Below are positions 11,912 through 23,986 of a stretch of 64,000 bases of DNA, piece by piece. Position numbers and translations under genes: made by a program. Location of the stretch: assembly GCA_030390025.1 (NCBI GenBank), contig JASTWF010000034.1, positions 2,542,001-2,606,000 of the forward strand. Direction: 5' to 3'. Numbering within the stretch: position 1 is the stretch's first letter; every line of letters begins with the position of its first letter. The notes beneath the pieces were generated by a model. That model worked only from the letters and a program-made list of their open reading frames with translations. It was not told the origin of the DNA and did not search any database. The DNA is from Squalus acanthias. Taxonomy: Eukaryota.

Positions 11912-13034
11912 CATGTGTAACTGGTCCTGTCTCTTTGAACAGGCTAGCTAACATGTCCTGTCTCATTAAAAAGCCTGTGTAACTGGTCCTGTCTCTTTAA
12001 GCAGCCTGTCTGACTGGTCCTGTCTCCTTAAAAAGCCTGTATGACTGTTCCTGTCTCTTTAAAAAGCCTGTGTGACTGATCCTGTCTCTTTAAAAAGCCT
12101 GAGCGACTGGTCCTGTCTCTTTAAAAAGCCTGTGTGACTGGTCCTGTCTCATTAAAACGCCTGTGTGACTGGTCCTGTCTCTTTAGAAAGCCTGTGTGAC
12201 TGGGCCTGTCTCTTTAAAATGCCTGTGTGACTGGTCCTGTTTCTTTAAAATGCCTGTGTGACTGGCCCTGCCTCTTTAATAAACCTGTGTGACTGGTCCT
12301 GTCTCTTTAAAATCCTATGTGACTGGTCCTGCCTCTTTAAAAAAGCCCGTGTGATTGGACCTGTCTCTTTAGAAAGCTTGTGTGACTGGGCCTGTCTCTT
12401 TAAAAAGCCTGTGTGACTGGTCCTGTCTCTTTATAAAGTCTGTGTGACTGGGCCTGTCTCTTTAAAAAGCCTGTGTGACTGGTTCTGTCTCTTTAAACAG
12501 CCTGTGTGAATGTTTCTGTGTCACTGGCTGTGGTTCTGCCCTCTTGTTCAGGTGTTCTTTGCATGTTATACAATTAAGAAGAGCCAGAATAGAGTTTGTT
12601 TTCAAACAGGAGAACATGGATTTTGGATCCACAGTGGTGTTGATTTTGCAGGATTACTGAGTCTAGTTCTTTGACACAGAAGTGACTTCACTGAATTACG
12701 TAGAAACCTTTGCTGGAAAAGTACTGTTATGAATTGAAGCCCTAGTCCTGGAAATCCGTCATTGACTGCAGTGGAACTGAATATCAGGCGCTGCGTGTAA
12801 CGGGCGCCCGACCCGATAACGCCAGTTTAACCCACCGCCCAAGATTAATTTCTCGGCCATTGTTTGCAGATATCGGCAGATATAAAATGTCACCGCGTGC
12901 TAACGAATTGGACTAAGACTTTGCCTCTCAAAAGCTCGGCTTGAACCCATTCAGAGCCATTTGCTATCATCCGAGACAGATTGCCCGAGCGGTGGGGAGA
13001 TATAAGAGATATATCTAAAATTAATTACAAGCAT

Positions 13035-13165
13035 TTCTGTCTCATCCAAAACTCTGCTGTCCGTGTCCTAACTCGCACCAAGTCCCGTTCACCCATCACC
13101 CCTGTGCTCACTGACCTACATTGGCTCCCGGTTCGGCAACGCCTCGATTTTAAAATTCCCATCCT
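13035..13165 (+). mobile_element. L2 LINE fragment
   Basis: LIQNSAVRVLT..PITPVLTDLHWLPVRQRLDFKI, the characteristic L2 ORF2 C-terminal motif. Confidence 0.8.
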
Positions 13166-13504
13166 CGAGTTCAGCCCCAACTCATTGCCAAGTGTACAGT
13201 AAAGTATTTGCAACCTGAAAATTCCAAAGATTACTTTGTTTATGTTTAGTATTTTACTCGTTTCATCCCCAGGGCCATAGGTGGATTTCTACAATTGGCA
13301 TCAAGGGGACAAGAGGCACAGGGGAGGGGCTAGAATTCGGCTCCGACTGTAGCACAAAACACCATCACCTCCAATCTCCTCCTTCAATTCACAAACCATC
13401 CAGAATTGGACAATTTTTTAATTCATTCCTGTGAGGTGGACGCCGCCGGCAAGGCCAGCATTTATTGCACATCCCTAATTGCCCTTGAGAAGGTGGTGGT
13501 CAGC

Positions 13505-14162
13505 TTTCTGTAGTATTTAGCTAGCGGTATCTGACAAAAGCTCTCCTTTTTGTTTCCTTATCTTACCCTGTATTCCCCTTGACATCCAGGAGGCTCAAGA
13601 TTTGGAAGTCCCAGCCTTTTTCTTTGTGGGAATATATTCGCTTTGAGCCCTCACTATCTCCTCGTTGAATGCTTCCCACTGCTCTGACACTAATTTCCCA
13701 TCAAGTAGCTGCTTCCAGTCCACTTTGGCTAAATCACATCTCAGCTTAGTAAAATTGGCCATTCCCAATTTAAAACTTTTACACCTTGTCTTTTTCCTTT
13801 TCAATTCGGGGAGATTTAATATAGATGTTCAAAATTATGATGGGTTTTGATAGAGTTGCCAGAGGCAGAATGGTGGGTAACTAGAGGAAACATATTTAAA
13901 TTTGCAAAAGAAACAGAGGAGAGATGAGGAGAATTTCATTACGCAGTGAGTTGTTATGATCTGAAATTCACTGTGTGGGAACGTGGTGGAAGCAGATTCA
14001 ATAGTAAATTTCGAAAGGAAATGGGATAATTAGATGAAGGGGAAATTTTTAGAGGGCTCTGATTAAAGTGCGGGGCTAAATTGATAACGCTTTCAAATAG
14101 ACGGCATGGACATGATGGCCTGAATAGCCTCCGTCTGTGCTGTACCGTTCTCTGATTCTATG
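13505..14162. mobile_element. Old CR1 fragments (minus about 13505-13800; plus-strand 3' end about 13810-14162)
   Basis: ORF 13595-13804 (ANFTKLRCDLAKVDW..EQWEAF); TTCTCTGATTCTATGA tail at about 14150. Confidence 0.7.
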
Positions 14163-14359
14163 AGCAAGAGACAGAGAGAGTGAAGAGGGGAGAGAGAGAA
14201 AGGTAGAAAGAGGGAAAAAAACTGAAAGGCAGGGAGAGGTACAGAGGGAAAGAAAAAAATTTAAAAGGGGAATTGGATAAATACCTGATGGGGAACAATT
14301 TGCAGAACTATGGGCAAGGAAAAGGGGAATGGGACTAATTGTAGGGCTGAGGCAATGGT

Positions 14360-14822
14360 GGCATTTCAACATAAGGATGAGAATAATAAAATCGAGGTGT
14401 TGACGGATCGGGAGCCAATGTAGGTCAGTGATTCAGGGATGATGAATGAACGGGACATGATGCGTGTTAGGGTATGGGAAGCAGAGTTTAGGATGAGCGC
14501 TAGATTATGGAGGCTTGTAACTGGGAGGCTGGCCAGGAGAGCATTGGAATAATCGAGGCTGAATTTAAGAAAGGCACGGATGAGGGTTTATGCAGCCGTA
14601 GGGCTGAGGTGGAGTAGAGACGGGCGATATTATGGAGGTGGTAGTAGGCAGGACTGGTGATTCAGAGGATCTGAGGTCGGATCTCAGCTCAGGGACAAAG
14701 AGATCGCAGATGTTGCAAACAGTCTGGTTCAGCGTCAGACATTGGCCAGGGTGGGGGACTGAATCGGTAGAGAACGAATTTTGTGACGAGGACCGAGGAC
14801 AATGGCTTTGCTCTTCCCAAGA
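14360..14822 (-). mobile_element. L2 LINE fragments
   Basis: Reverse complement of about 14395-14430 reads CACTGACCTACATTGGCTCCCGATCCGTCAACACC, matching 13109-13140; truncates the 99-bp repeat. Confidence 0.6.
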
Positions 14823-15230
14823 TGTAAATGACAACAACATTAATACAGTGAAACGTGGTTTACAGATCCAATAAATGGATATAGAGACTTGTCAAGGACA
14901 CCAACAGCAGCAAATATCAGAGAGTAACTTGCAAGAACAGTAATACAGTTAGCAAAGGTTTGCAGAGTTAAAAGCTGGATACAGAGACTTACCTCGAACA
15001 ACAACCGCAACAAGAAGGGAAGAGTAAATGACAAGAACATTACTGCAGTTAACCATATTTTATAGAATATCTGGATAGATAGACTTACCAGGAACACCAA
15101 TAGCAGCAAGGAGGGAAGAATAAATGACAAGAACAGTATTCAGTAAAATATGGTTTGTAAAATTAATAGCTGGATAGAAAAACTTACTAGGAATACCAAC
15201 AGCAGCAAGGAGGGGATAGTAAATGTACTG
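14823..15230 (-). repeat. About 99-bp tandem repeat of the GPCR exon-1 3' end plus splice donor (about 4.5 diverged units)
   Basis: Recurrent minus-strand GGTGTTCCTG/GTAAGT-like junctions at 15188, 15089, 14993 and (dead, ACAAGT) 14893. Confidence 0.85.
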
Positions 15231-15410
15231 GATAATCACAAGTGCATAATAGATCCGCCTCTGTAATGCTAAACTGACATAATTTGCAGAAAGATAATCA
15301 AACTGCCAGGAGAAACTCCTGCCAATTGTTGTAACATTCCAATCAACTGTTTTCAGATTCCGATCCATTGTTGTAACATTCCAATCTACTGTTCTCAGAT
15401 TCTGATCCAT
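15188..15410 (-). CDS. Exon 1 of a rhodopsin-class GPR139-like GPCR (N-terminus and first half of TM1); exon 2 predicted left of the window
   Basis: MDQNLRTVDWNVTTMDRNLKTVDWNVTT..IIQYIYYPLLAAVGIP followed by a phase-1 donor A/GTAAGT. This phase fits the exon-2 type at 34339 (TG AAC). The start codon is inferred (ATG at 15410; in-frame upstream ATGs exist to 15596). Confidence 0.8.
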
Positions 15411-15536
15411 TGTTGTAACATTCCAATCTGCTGTTCTTAGATTCCGACTTCCTCTCTGTGGAGCAGCGCGCTGATCCCTGTCAGTGCCGGAGGTGATGCT
15501 CTCACTGACACTATGATAACACATTGAAAGGAGCCC

Positions 15537-15684
15537 CTTATTAATAGAGGAGGGAAACCCTGCACTGATACAATTAGATTCCATGGAGACTGACATTATT
15601 GGCAGTCACTAAACAAACATCTTCAGTTAACCCGTGGAGACTGACATTAATTACAGTCACTGAACAAACAGCTTCAGTTAACCC
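15537..15684 (-). promoter_or_regulatory. Putative GPCR proximal promoter: TATA-like CTATTAATAAG and a 51-bp direct duplication
   Basis: TATA-like element at 15537-15547, about 130 bp upstream of the inferred ATG; duplication at 15584-15634 and 15635-15684. Function is inferred. Confidence 0.3.
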
Positions 15685-15724
15685 CTTACAATCCAGCACA
15701 CTTTGTACCACAGTAAAGTGGAAC

Positions 15725-17292
15725 ATTTACCTAGTCCGGATGGAATGTATGAGGGTTGCTGAGGAAGGGAATGGTGGCTCTGGCTAGAATCTTTCATTTC
15801 TCCTTGGATATGGGTGTGGTGCCAGAGGACCGGAGGGTTGCAAATGTTACACCCTGTTTATAAAGGAGAGGGGGATAACCCCTGTAACTACAGGCCAGTT
15901 AGCCTAACGCCGGCGGTGGGGAAACTTCTGGAGGCCATATTCCGGTACAAAATTATCTGTCATTTGGAAAAATATGGATGCATAAATGACAACCAGCACA
16001 GACTGTTTTAAAGTCAAAGTATGTCTGACAAACCTGATTGAATTTTATTTTGAGGAGGTAACAATAAGGGTTGGTGAGGGTAGTGCGTTTGATGTAGTGT
16101 ATATGGACTTTAGCAAGGCTTTTGATAAGGTTCCACATGACAGTCTGGTCACGAAGTTAAAAGCCCATGGGATCCAGGACAAAGTGTCAAGTTGGATTCA
16201 AAACTGGCTCGGAGACAGGAAGCAGAGGGTAATGGTTGATGGGTATTTTTGTGATAGGAAGGCTGTCTCCAGTGGGGTTCCGCAGGGCTCAATACTAGGT
16301 CCATTGCTTTTTGTGGTATCTATCAACGATCGAGACTTGAATATAGGGGTTATGATTAAGAAGTTTGCAGATGATATTAAAATCGCCTGTGTGGTTGATA
16401 ATGAAGAAGGAAGCTGTAGACTGCAGGAAGATATTAATAAATTGGTCAGGTGGGCAGAACAGTGGCAAATGGAATTCAAACCGGAGAAGTGTGAGGTAAT
16501 GCATTTGGTGTGGGATAAAAAGGAAAGGGAATACACATTAAAAGGTAGGACACTGAGTATCGTAGAGGAACAAAGGGACCTTGGAGTGCATGTCCACAGA
16601 TCCCTGAATGTAGCAGGCCAGGTAGATAAGGTGGTTAAGAAGTCATACGGTATGCTTGCCTTTATTAGCCGTGGCATAGAATACAAGAGCAGGGGGGTTA
16701 TGAATCAACTGTATAAAACACTAGTTAGGCCTCTGCTAGAGTACTGCGTCCAGTTCTGGTCACCACTTTACAGGAAAGATGTGATTGCACCAGAGAGGAT
16801 ACAGAGGAGATTTATAAGGATGTTGCCGGGAGTACAGAATCTTAGCTATGAGGAAAGACTGGTTAGGCTGGGACTGTTTTCCTTGGAACAGAGGAGACTG
16901 AGGGGAGACCTTATTGAGGTGTATAAAATTATGATGGGCATGGTTAAAGTGCATAGAAAGGAGCTATTTCCCTTAGCAGAGGGGTCAAAAACCAAGGGGC
17001 GCAGATTGAAAGTAATTGTTGGAAGGTTTGGAGGGGAATTGAGGGGAAATATCTTTACCCAGAGGGTTTTGGGTGTCTGGAATTCACTGTCTGACAGGTT
17101 GGTAGAGGCAGGAATCCTAACCACATTTAAAAAGTACTTGGATGTGCACTTGGGATTCACTAACCTGCAGGGCTACGGACCAAGAGCGGGCAATTGGAAT
17201 TAGGCTGGATAGCTCTTTGTTGGCCGGCGAGGACACGATGGGCCGAAATGATATCCTTCCGTGTTGTAACTTTCTATGATTCTATGATTCTA
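15725..17292 (+). mobile_element. 5'-truncated CR1 (RT domain to 3' tail)
   Basis: 405-aa ORF 15986-17203 with DFSKAFD, GVPQGSILGP and KFADD; (TTCTATGA)n tail. Confidence 0.93.
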
Positions 17293-18325
17293 CGATTGAG
17301 TTCTTTGATGAGGTAACGGAGAGGATAGATGAGCATAGTACGGTTGATGTTGCGTATATGGACTTTCTAAAGGCATTCGATAAAGTGCCACTTAATAAAC
17401 TTGATAGGAAAACGGAAACCCATGGGATTAAAGGGGCAGTGGCTGCGTGGATACGACATTGGCTAAGGGACAGATAACAGAGCGTAATGGTGTGCGGTTG
17501 TTTTTCAGACACAATGGAAGTATACAGTGGTGTACCCCAGGGGTCGATATTAGGGCCAGTGCTGTTCTTGATGGATATTATTGGCCTGGACTTAAGTCTA
17601 AAGGCATAATTTCAAATTTGCAGATGACACGGAATTCAGAAACGTAGTAAACAGAGAGGAGTGTAACAGACTTCAGGAGCACATAGACAGACTGCTGAAA
17701 TGGGCAGAAACATAACAGAAAGAAAGACTTGCATTGAAATAGAGCCTTTCACGACCACTGGACATCTCAAAGCTCTTTACAGCCAATTAAGTACTTTGGA
17801 GTGTAGTCACTGTTGTAATGTGGGAAACACGGCATCCATTTTTCGCACAGCAAGCTCCCACAAATAGCAACGTGATAATGACCAGATAATCTGGTTTTTT
17901 TTGTCATGCTGATTGAGCAATAAATATTGGCCAGGACACCGGGGATAACTCCCCTGCTCTATTTCGAAAAAAGTGCTTTGGGATCTTTAATGTTCATCTG
18001 AGAGAGCAGATGGTGCCTCGGTTTATCATCTCATCCGAAAAATGGCACCTCCGGCAGTGCAGTACTCCCTCAGCACTGCATTGGAGTTTCAGCCTACATT
18101 TACGGGCTCAAGTCCCTGGATGGGAATTTGACCACACAACCTTCTGACTCAAAGGTGAGTGTGCTACACACTGAGCCACAGCTGACACATGGCAGACAAC
18201 ATTTAACACAGAGAAATGTGAAGTGATACAATTTGGGAGGAAAAATGAGGAGAGGCAATATAAACTAAATGGTACATTTTTAAATGGAGTGCAGTTACAG
18301 AGAGACCTGGGAGTTTATGTGCAAT
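17293..18325 (+). mobile_element. Older degraded CR1 RT fragment interrupted by a SINE
   Basis: GAGTTCTTTGATGAGGTAAC, AAGGCATTCGATAAAGTGCC and AAATTTGCAGATGACAC; resumes after 18188. Confidence 0.75.
17720..18188 (-). mobile_element. Deu-type SINE, full length
   Basis: Reverse complement begins GTGTCAGCTGTGGCTCAGTG; same core as 1030-1400. Confidence 0.8.
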
Positions 18326-18329
18326 AAGC

Positions 18330-20358
18330 TTTAGAAATACCTGGAGTCTCCGAGAAGCTGGAGGTGAGAGACGGAGAGCGTTGGACATCTCAGCAACCTG
18401 GCGACAGAATTACACATTATACAGCTATATGGCATACACCAGTCACTCATATGGGCACTGATGTCAACAGCCAATGAATGGTAATTCTGTGCATAATGGT
18501 ATCTGCACCCATTCTTCATATAACATCTAACTTATCTCTTCACTCACCCACAGGTTTATCAAGAGCTCCCCCCTCCAGTGTCCAGGAGGAAGAGGACGAC
18601 GACTCCTCAGTGCAGCCTCCAGCCTCTAAGTGTGCACCGTCACCAGACATAAGTGAACCCAGCACCAGAGAAGATACGTACACCTCGGTGGGTCCCACGC
18701 GAGATAGAGTAGTGTTGCCACCTGGTGTCTCACATCTCACAAGTGAGAAATAGCATATGGTGGAGAGAGGGAGAGCAGTGGAGACTCCTTGTGGGAGGGC
18801 GCAGGACTCTCCCAGCTCTGCTCAGCTCCATGCAGACGCTGAGGCTCGGGGGCCATCCACAAAGAGGGCGATCCTGGAGGTGCAGCAAGAAGTGCAGGGG
18901 GTCTCTGACAGGTTTTGCGAGCGCGAAGTCTGCAAATGCTCAGATAATGGAGGAGTCCATCTCCAACATGGGCACCACCGTGTCGCAGGCGCTGGCGACT
19001 GAAGGCTCCTCCTTGGATAGGTTGGGCAGCTACATGGAGCAGCTAATGCGCCACTCACAGGAGCACATGGTTTGTATGGAGGATAGATGAATATGGATGG
19101 AGAATAGGAGGCAGAGGCTCGTAGACCTCCTCTCATGGAGGGATGTCAGTGTAGTCGTTGGCCCTTAAGGCCCCACTGATGTGCAGCAAGGTGCTCTCCA
19201 GCTCCTTGGCAGCAGGGAAGTGAGCAGGCTGCCGCTACCTCTGCTGAAACCACGATGCTATCACCACATAGAAGCAGGCGGAAGAGAAATATGGCACACA
19301 AGTAGATTCACATGGGTAGCCACTTGAGTGTTTTATCGAATGTTTAGGTAAGGGATCAGTTAATGTGCTGTCAAACATAACAATTCCTATTTTAAACACT
19401 TCCGGTCTTGGATAGATTTGCGTACACATTTGCAAGTGGCTTAGGGAGTTGCAGTGAATGGTGAGACATAACGATACCTGCAGCATTGGTGGTGAGTGTA
19501 AAAGCAATTCCTTGGTCATTGCCGAGATGCCTTATGGTGTGGCTGTGGAGTGGTGCCAAAATGGAGCATCATATGGCCGCCATATGGGTGAGCAGCATCA
19601 AGTGAAGTAATTCTGGCTATGGTGAGGCCATCCATGGACTCTCGGGCAGCAATGTGCTCGGCTGCTGATGCGCTCTGTCCTCTGCAGCATCAGGTGATTG
19701 CAGAGAAGGTTGGTGGTGTCGTTGTTGCTGCTGCTGGCTTGCCTGGTGCTGCTGGTGTTGTGGCTCATCGTGCTCAGATTATGAGGACCAAGGTGAGATA
19801 GTATAAACGGCATCTATGCTGATGGAATAGATGGCAGGTGAAGTAGAGATGACAGAAGCAATCTGTCACTGGCGAGAGAGGTTCTCCCAATGAGATGATA
19901 CTGGATGGAGACTTTGCTGGAAATACTGCATCCTGCAGAATCTGTGCTGGGAATGCAGTGCGAAACAGCTTCTGCTGAGGAAAGTGATCATCTGTCAAAT
20001 GGAAGTTTTGATTGTACATTTGATGCTGTTAAGCAATCAGCTGGAGCAATGGCCACTGAACTCCCGCCTCAGGTTGACAGACGTGGTTCCCGAACAGCGT
20101 GTTTCCCGTGGCCATCCAGTTAAATTTAAAATTTAAGGTTAAATCCACTCTTAAAGATCTGACAAATAGCTACTAATAATTTAATTTGGGTCGCCTGCTT
20201 CTCCCGGTCAGGTTGGGTCTGCGCTGATAGACGAGCCTGGGGGAAAGGAGCGTGGGAGTGGGATGACAGCGGGTACCGAACCCACTCCCAGAAATAACAA
20301 CTTTTCCACCTGACCCGCCTCCGATCGCGCCCGCGACCACCCCAGAAAATTCCGGCCG
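18330..20358. mobile_element. Possible degraded PIF/Harbinger-like DNA transposon remnant
   Basis: Acidic and coiled-coil-like broken ORFs after an acceptor-like CCCCACAG (about 18553), a Gln-rich minus-strand stretch, and a CpG-rich end finishing GAAAATTCCGGCC (TIR-like). No catalytic motif was seen; the family call is from recollection only. Confidence 0.35.
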
Positions 20359-20509
20359 TGGCCTTGGAGTCCAGAAAGGCGCTTCCAAACTGTTACACCC
20401 GATTGCTCACTACAACACTCTCCACCCCAGATCCCCAGTGGTGCAGGGAAGGATCCCACGGATAGAGCCCTCCTTTGGGGGCCCCCGCCTCCGCCGGACG
20501 GCAAGATGA

Positions 20510-20950
20510 CAACACGGTGGCATAGTGGTTAGCACTGGTGCCTCACAGCGCCAGGGACCTGGGTTCAAATCTGACCTCGGGTGACTGTCTGTGTGGAGTT
20601 TGCACATTCTCCCCGTGTCAGCGTGGGTTTCCTCCGGGTGCTCCGGTTTCCTCCCACAGTCCAAAAATGTGCGGGTTAGGTTGATTTGGCTATGATAAAT
20701 TGACCCTTAGTGTTAGGGGTGGATTAAATATGTGGGGTTATGGGGATAGGATGGGATATGTTAGGGGGAATTAAATATGTGGGGTTACGGGGGTAGGGTG
20801 GGATATGTGTACTGTGGAGATTAAAGCAGGGACAGGGTACTGGATTTGAATGATCAGCCATGATCGTATTGAATGGTGGAGCAGGCTCGACGGGCCGAAT
20901 GGCCTACTCTTGCTCCTAGATTCTATGTTTCTATGTTTATGTTTCTATGA
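20510..20950 (+). mobile_element. HE1-type V-SINE (shark) with CR1-derived tail
   Basis: tRNA head (TGGCATAGTGG..GGTTCAAATC), V-domain TGTGTGGAGTTTGCACATTCTCCCCGTG..GGGTTTCCTCCGGGTGCTCCGGTTTCCTCCCACA, internal duplication, CR1 3' stem-loop and TTCTATG tail. Confidence 0.9.
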
Positions 20951-21574
20951 CCTGCCAGTCGGATTCAGATGGGGCAATAAACTAAATTAATAAATAAATC
21001 GTACAGAATCCTGAGTGCCCGGGTCCTCAGCCCTTTTGTGAAGCTCCCTGGCCGACACTTTTCCGTTACTAACTCGTACCTCAGGACCCGGACAGTCTGG
21101 TTTAATTGCTCAATGTTTATTAACTGTGTTTTCCAACACGCGTTCAGGGCTGTCTTCGAATAGAAACTTACGAGGCCTCATTTTTTTGTGTGTCCGACGA
21201 AAGAGGCAGTTAATACTTTAATAAGCGGGCAACAAGATTCTTTTTAAGGTAGAAAGAGTTGAAAAATGCCACTAATGAGGCCTCAAACACATGGGACACG
21301 GAAATCCACTTCTAAGCCCTCCTGCCACAGGACTCAATATCCACCCCCTCCACCACTGGTGCACTGTGTCTGTAGTATGTGAGGTCTTACAAGGTGACCA
21401 ATGTCAGGCCGTGTGGAGTCAAAGGCCAGATCGCAGAATGAACGGAATGATGGCTACAAACTTCCCTTTACTCCATCCCTCTAATTTCTGTTTTGTAGCC
21501 ATCTATCCATCCATTTAGCTGCCTCGCCCATCACTCCACACAGCCTGACCTTGGTCATATTGTAGTTTTTACAT

Positions 21575-22665
21575 AGTGTTAAGATAACAAGCTGGTTACA
21601 AAACAGAAAAGAGAGAATAGCTACTCAGACTGGCAAAAGATGAGAAGTGGTGCTCCACAAGGATCGGTGCTGGGACCACTGCTGCTCACAATTTACATAA
21701 ACGATTTGGACTCAGGAATCGGAAGTACAATTTCAAAATGTGTCGATGACACCAATTTTGGTGATAGAGTTAATACTGAGGAAGACTGACAAAATGCAAA
21801 AGACATTAATAAACTTGCAGAATGGGAGTGTAATTGGCGAATTGATTTCAATATAGATAAGTGTGCAGTTGGTGCATTTTGGTAGGAAGAATAAGGAGGC
21901 CACAGACTGCTTGGAAAATAAGTGTCTAAATGTGATAGAGGAGCAAAGGGATCGAGGCGGACAGATACACAAATCACTAAAAGTAGCAACGCAGGTTAAT
22001 AAGGCCATAAAAAAGAAACAAAGCGCTGGGGTTCATTCCAGAGGATAGAATTGAAAAGCAGATAATTTATGTTAAACTTGTATAGAACCTTGATTAGACT
22101 GCATTAGGAGTATTGTGAACAGCTCTGGTCTCCATATTATAAAAAATAGTATAGAGGCACTGGAAAAGGTGCAAAAAAGACTTTAAAGGATGATCCCAGG
22201 ACTGAGAGGATACACTTATCAGGAAAGGCTGAACAGGCTGGGTCTCTTTTCTCTAGGAAAAAGAGAAGGCTGATGGGTGACCAGATAGAGATCTTCATGC
22301 TTATAAAATGTTTAGATAGGGTGGTCCTGGAGAAAATTTTTCCACTTGTAGGTGTACAGAACTGGAGGTCATAAATATAAGACGGTCACTAATACATCCA
22401 ATAGGGAATTCAGGAGAAGCTTCTTTACCCAGCGAGTTTTGAGAATGTGGAACCCACGACCACAAGGAGTAGTTGAGGCGAATAGTATAGATGCATTTAG
22501 GAGAAGCTAGATAAACACATTAGGGAGAATAAAATATAAGGTTATGCTAATAGGGTTAGATGAAGAGGGGTGGGAGGAGGCTGGTGTGGAGCACAAACAC
22601 CGGCACAGACCAGTTGGAATGAATGGTGTGTCCCTGTGCTGTAAACCTGATGTAATTCTGTGTAA
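21575..22665 (+). mobile_element. Degraded CR1 (RT to 3' end)
   Basis: CCACAAGGATCGGTGCTGGGACC, VHFGRKN and TTCTTTACCCAG; many stops and frameshifts. Confidence 0.8.
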
Positions 22666-23986
22666 CTCTGTGTGACTATGTCTTCTGACTCCTGACACAG
22701 CTGGAAAAGCTTTTGCTATTATTACCACAATTGTGCAGCATCTTCTTTTCCAAAGATCTCTTAGCTTCTCTAATGACTGTTTTTTTTTGTCCCTCAATTG
22801 TGGGTGATATTTGTCCCTATTCTCCTGTAAACTGGATCCATCTTGATCTGAATTGGGTTCAATGTAAGTCAGTTCGGGGAGTCAGGAATCATTCACCCCG
22901 AGACGTGCGCTTGCAGGTAAAGCCCCAGACGGCTCCTTAGGTAGAATTGCTCTGGTACCTCGATATATATTTGTCAGGATACCGAACCCCAGCTTTAACA
23001 CAGTCCACTCCTGGTGGTCCCACTCCCTGAGCCAACAACCTGCAGCAGGGTCAGTGGTAGAGTTCCGGAGCAGGAGTGATCCCAGAGTAACTGTCGGGAT
23101 CGCACAACCGTGGATGTTCAGGGTCGTGTATTTATATTAATCCTGGTGTCTAACACGCACACAATAATAAAATAAGGTATTCCTGGAAACAGGCTGCAGG
23201 TCATTCTTTATCTGGAGAGGAAATGTCTGTTGTATAATTGTACCAGCAGTTAACAGGCTCCTGTGAACACCTCCGTCTGCTATTTTAATGAATTCTTTAA
23301 ACAATTTATTTTAAACGAAATTATTGTAAATGAATTAATGCCTGCCTTAAAATAGTAGACCCAGGACTGTCACACAAACACGTTAAATCTTCATGGAATG
23401 ATTTTTAGAATGAAAACTTAAACTTGCCGCTTCTCTTTCAATAAGGAACAGATCGCAGTTTTACACCAATCTCTGATTTGACAGCACGTTCCAAGCATTC
23501 ACCGTTGTTCTTCCTGACTCTTAACACAGCTGTGAAGGAGCCTTCTCTTCCGTGCCTAGAAGCTCTGAACCCTGGAAGAGAGCGGCTGGGACTCATTTCT
23601 TACACACCTCAAGATTAACCCGCACGGGGACTTTGCTGCCAGTGAAGAGAGACGAGAAAGACAGAAGTGCCGTTTGCCCCTTTTAGTGTGTCCCCGAAGG
23701 TCTCTGTCCAGGCTGACGTCCTGTTCCCGCCGTACGATTCTCCCCCCAGATTGTGCCTTCTGAGCTCCAGCAACGTGATGCTAAACACCCAGGTAAAGAC
23801 GAACATCGACAACAATGTGTTTAAAACAAAGCTGATTTATTTGACATTTATACAGAATATTAAACTCCTGCCGAGTTACAGGATTTACTTACATCTACAG
23901 AAACAAACTCTGACTGTCAGAATGAACAGGGTTCAGTCCGGGATGAGATTAACAGCAGCAATAACAGCAGAATCCAACTCGTGCAG

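Larger units (their letters stand above)
6232..12510 (+). repeat. 31-bp satellite array 1 (about 135 monomers, interrupted by four CR1 pieces)
   Basis: Consensus AAAAAGCCTGTGTGACTGGTCCTGTCTCTTT with 30-bp variants and frequent TTTAGAAAG variants. Confidence 0.97.

Noticed and set aside
6232..12510. CRISPR-like look of 31-bp repeats with interspersed unique pieces
   Set aside because: The monomers are head-to-tail with no spacers, the inserts are CR1 fragments, there are no cas genes, and the context is vertebrate.
20510..20585. tRNA gene candidates (also about 1037-1110)
   Set aside because: The A and B boxes belong to SINE heads followed by V or Deu cores; no complete cloverleaf.
20955..23820. 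Unique-looking stretches (about 20955-21290 and 22680-23820) with donor-like GTAAGT/GTAAAG motifs
   Set aside because: No convincing ORF, RNA fold or family could be recognised by eye, so they are left unannotated.
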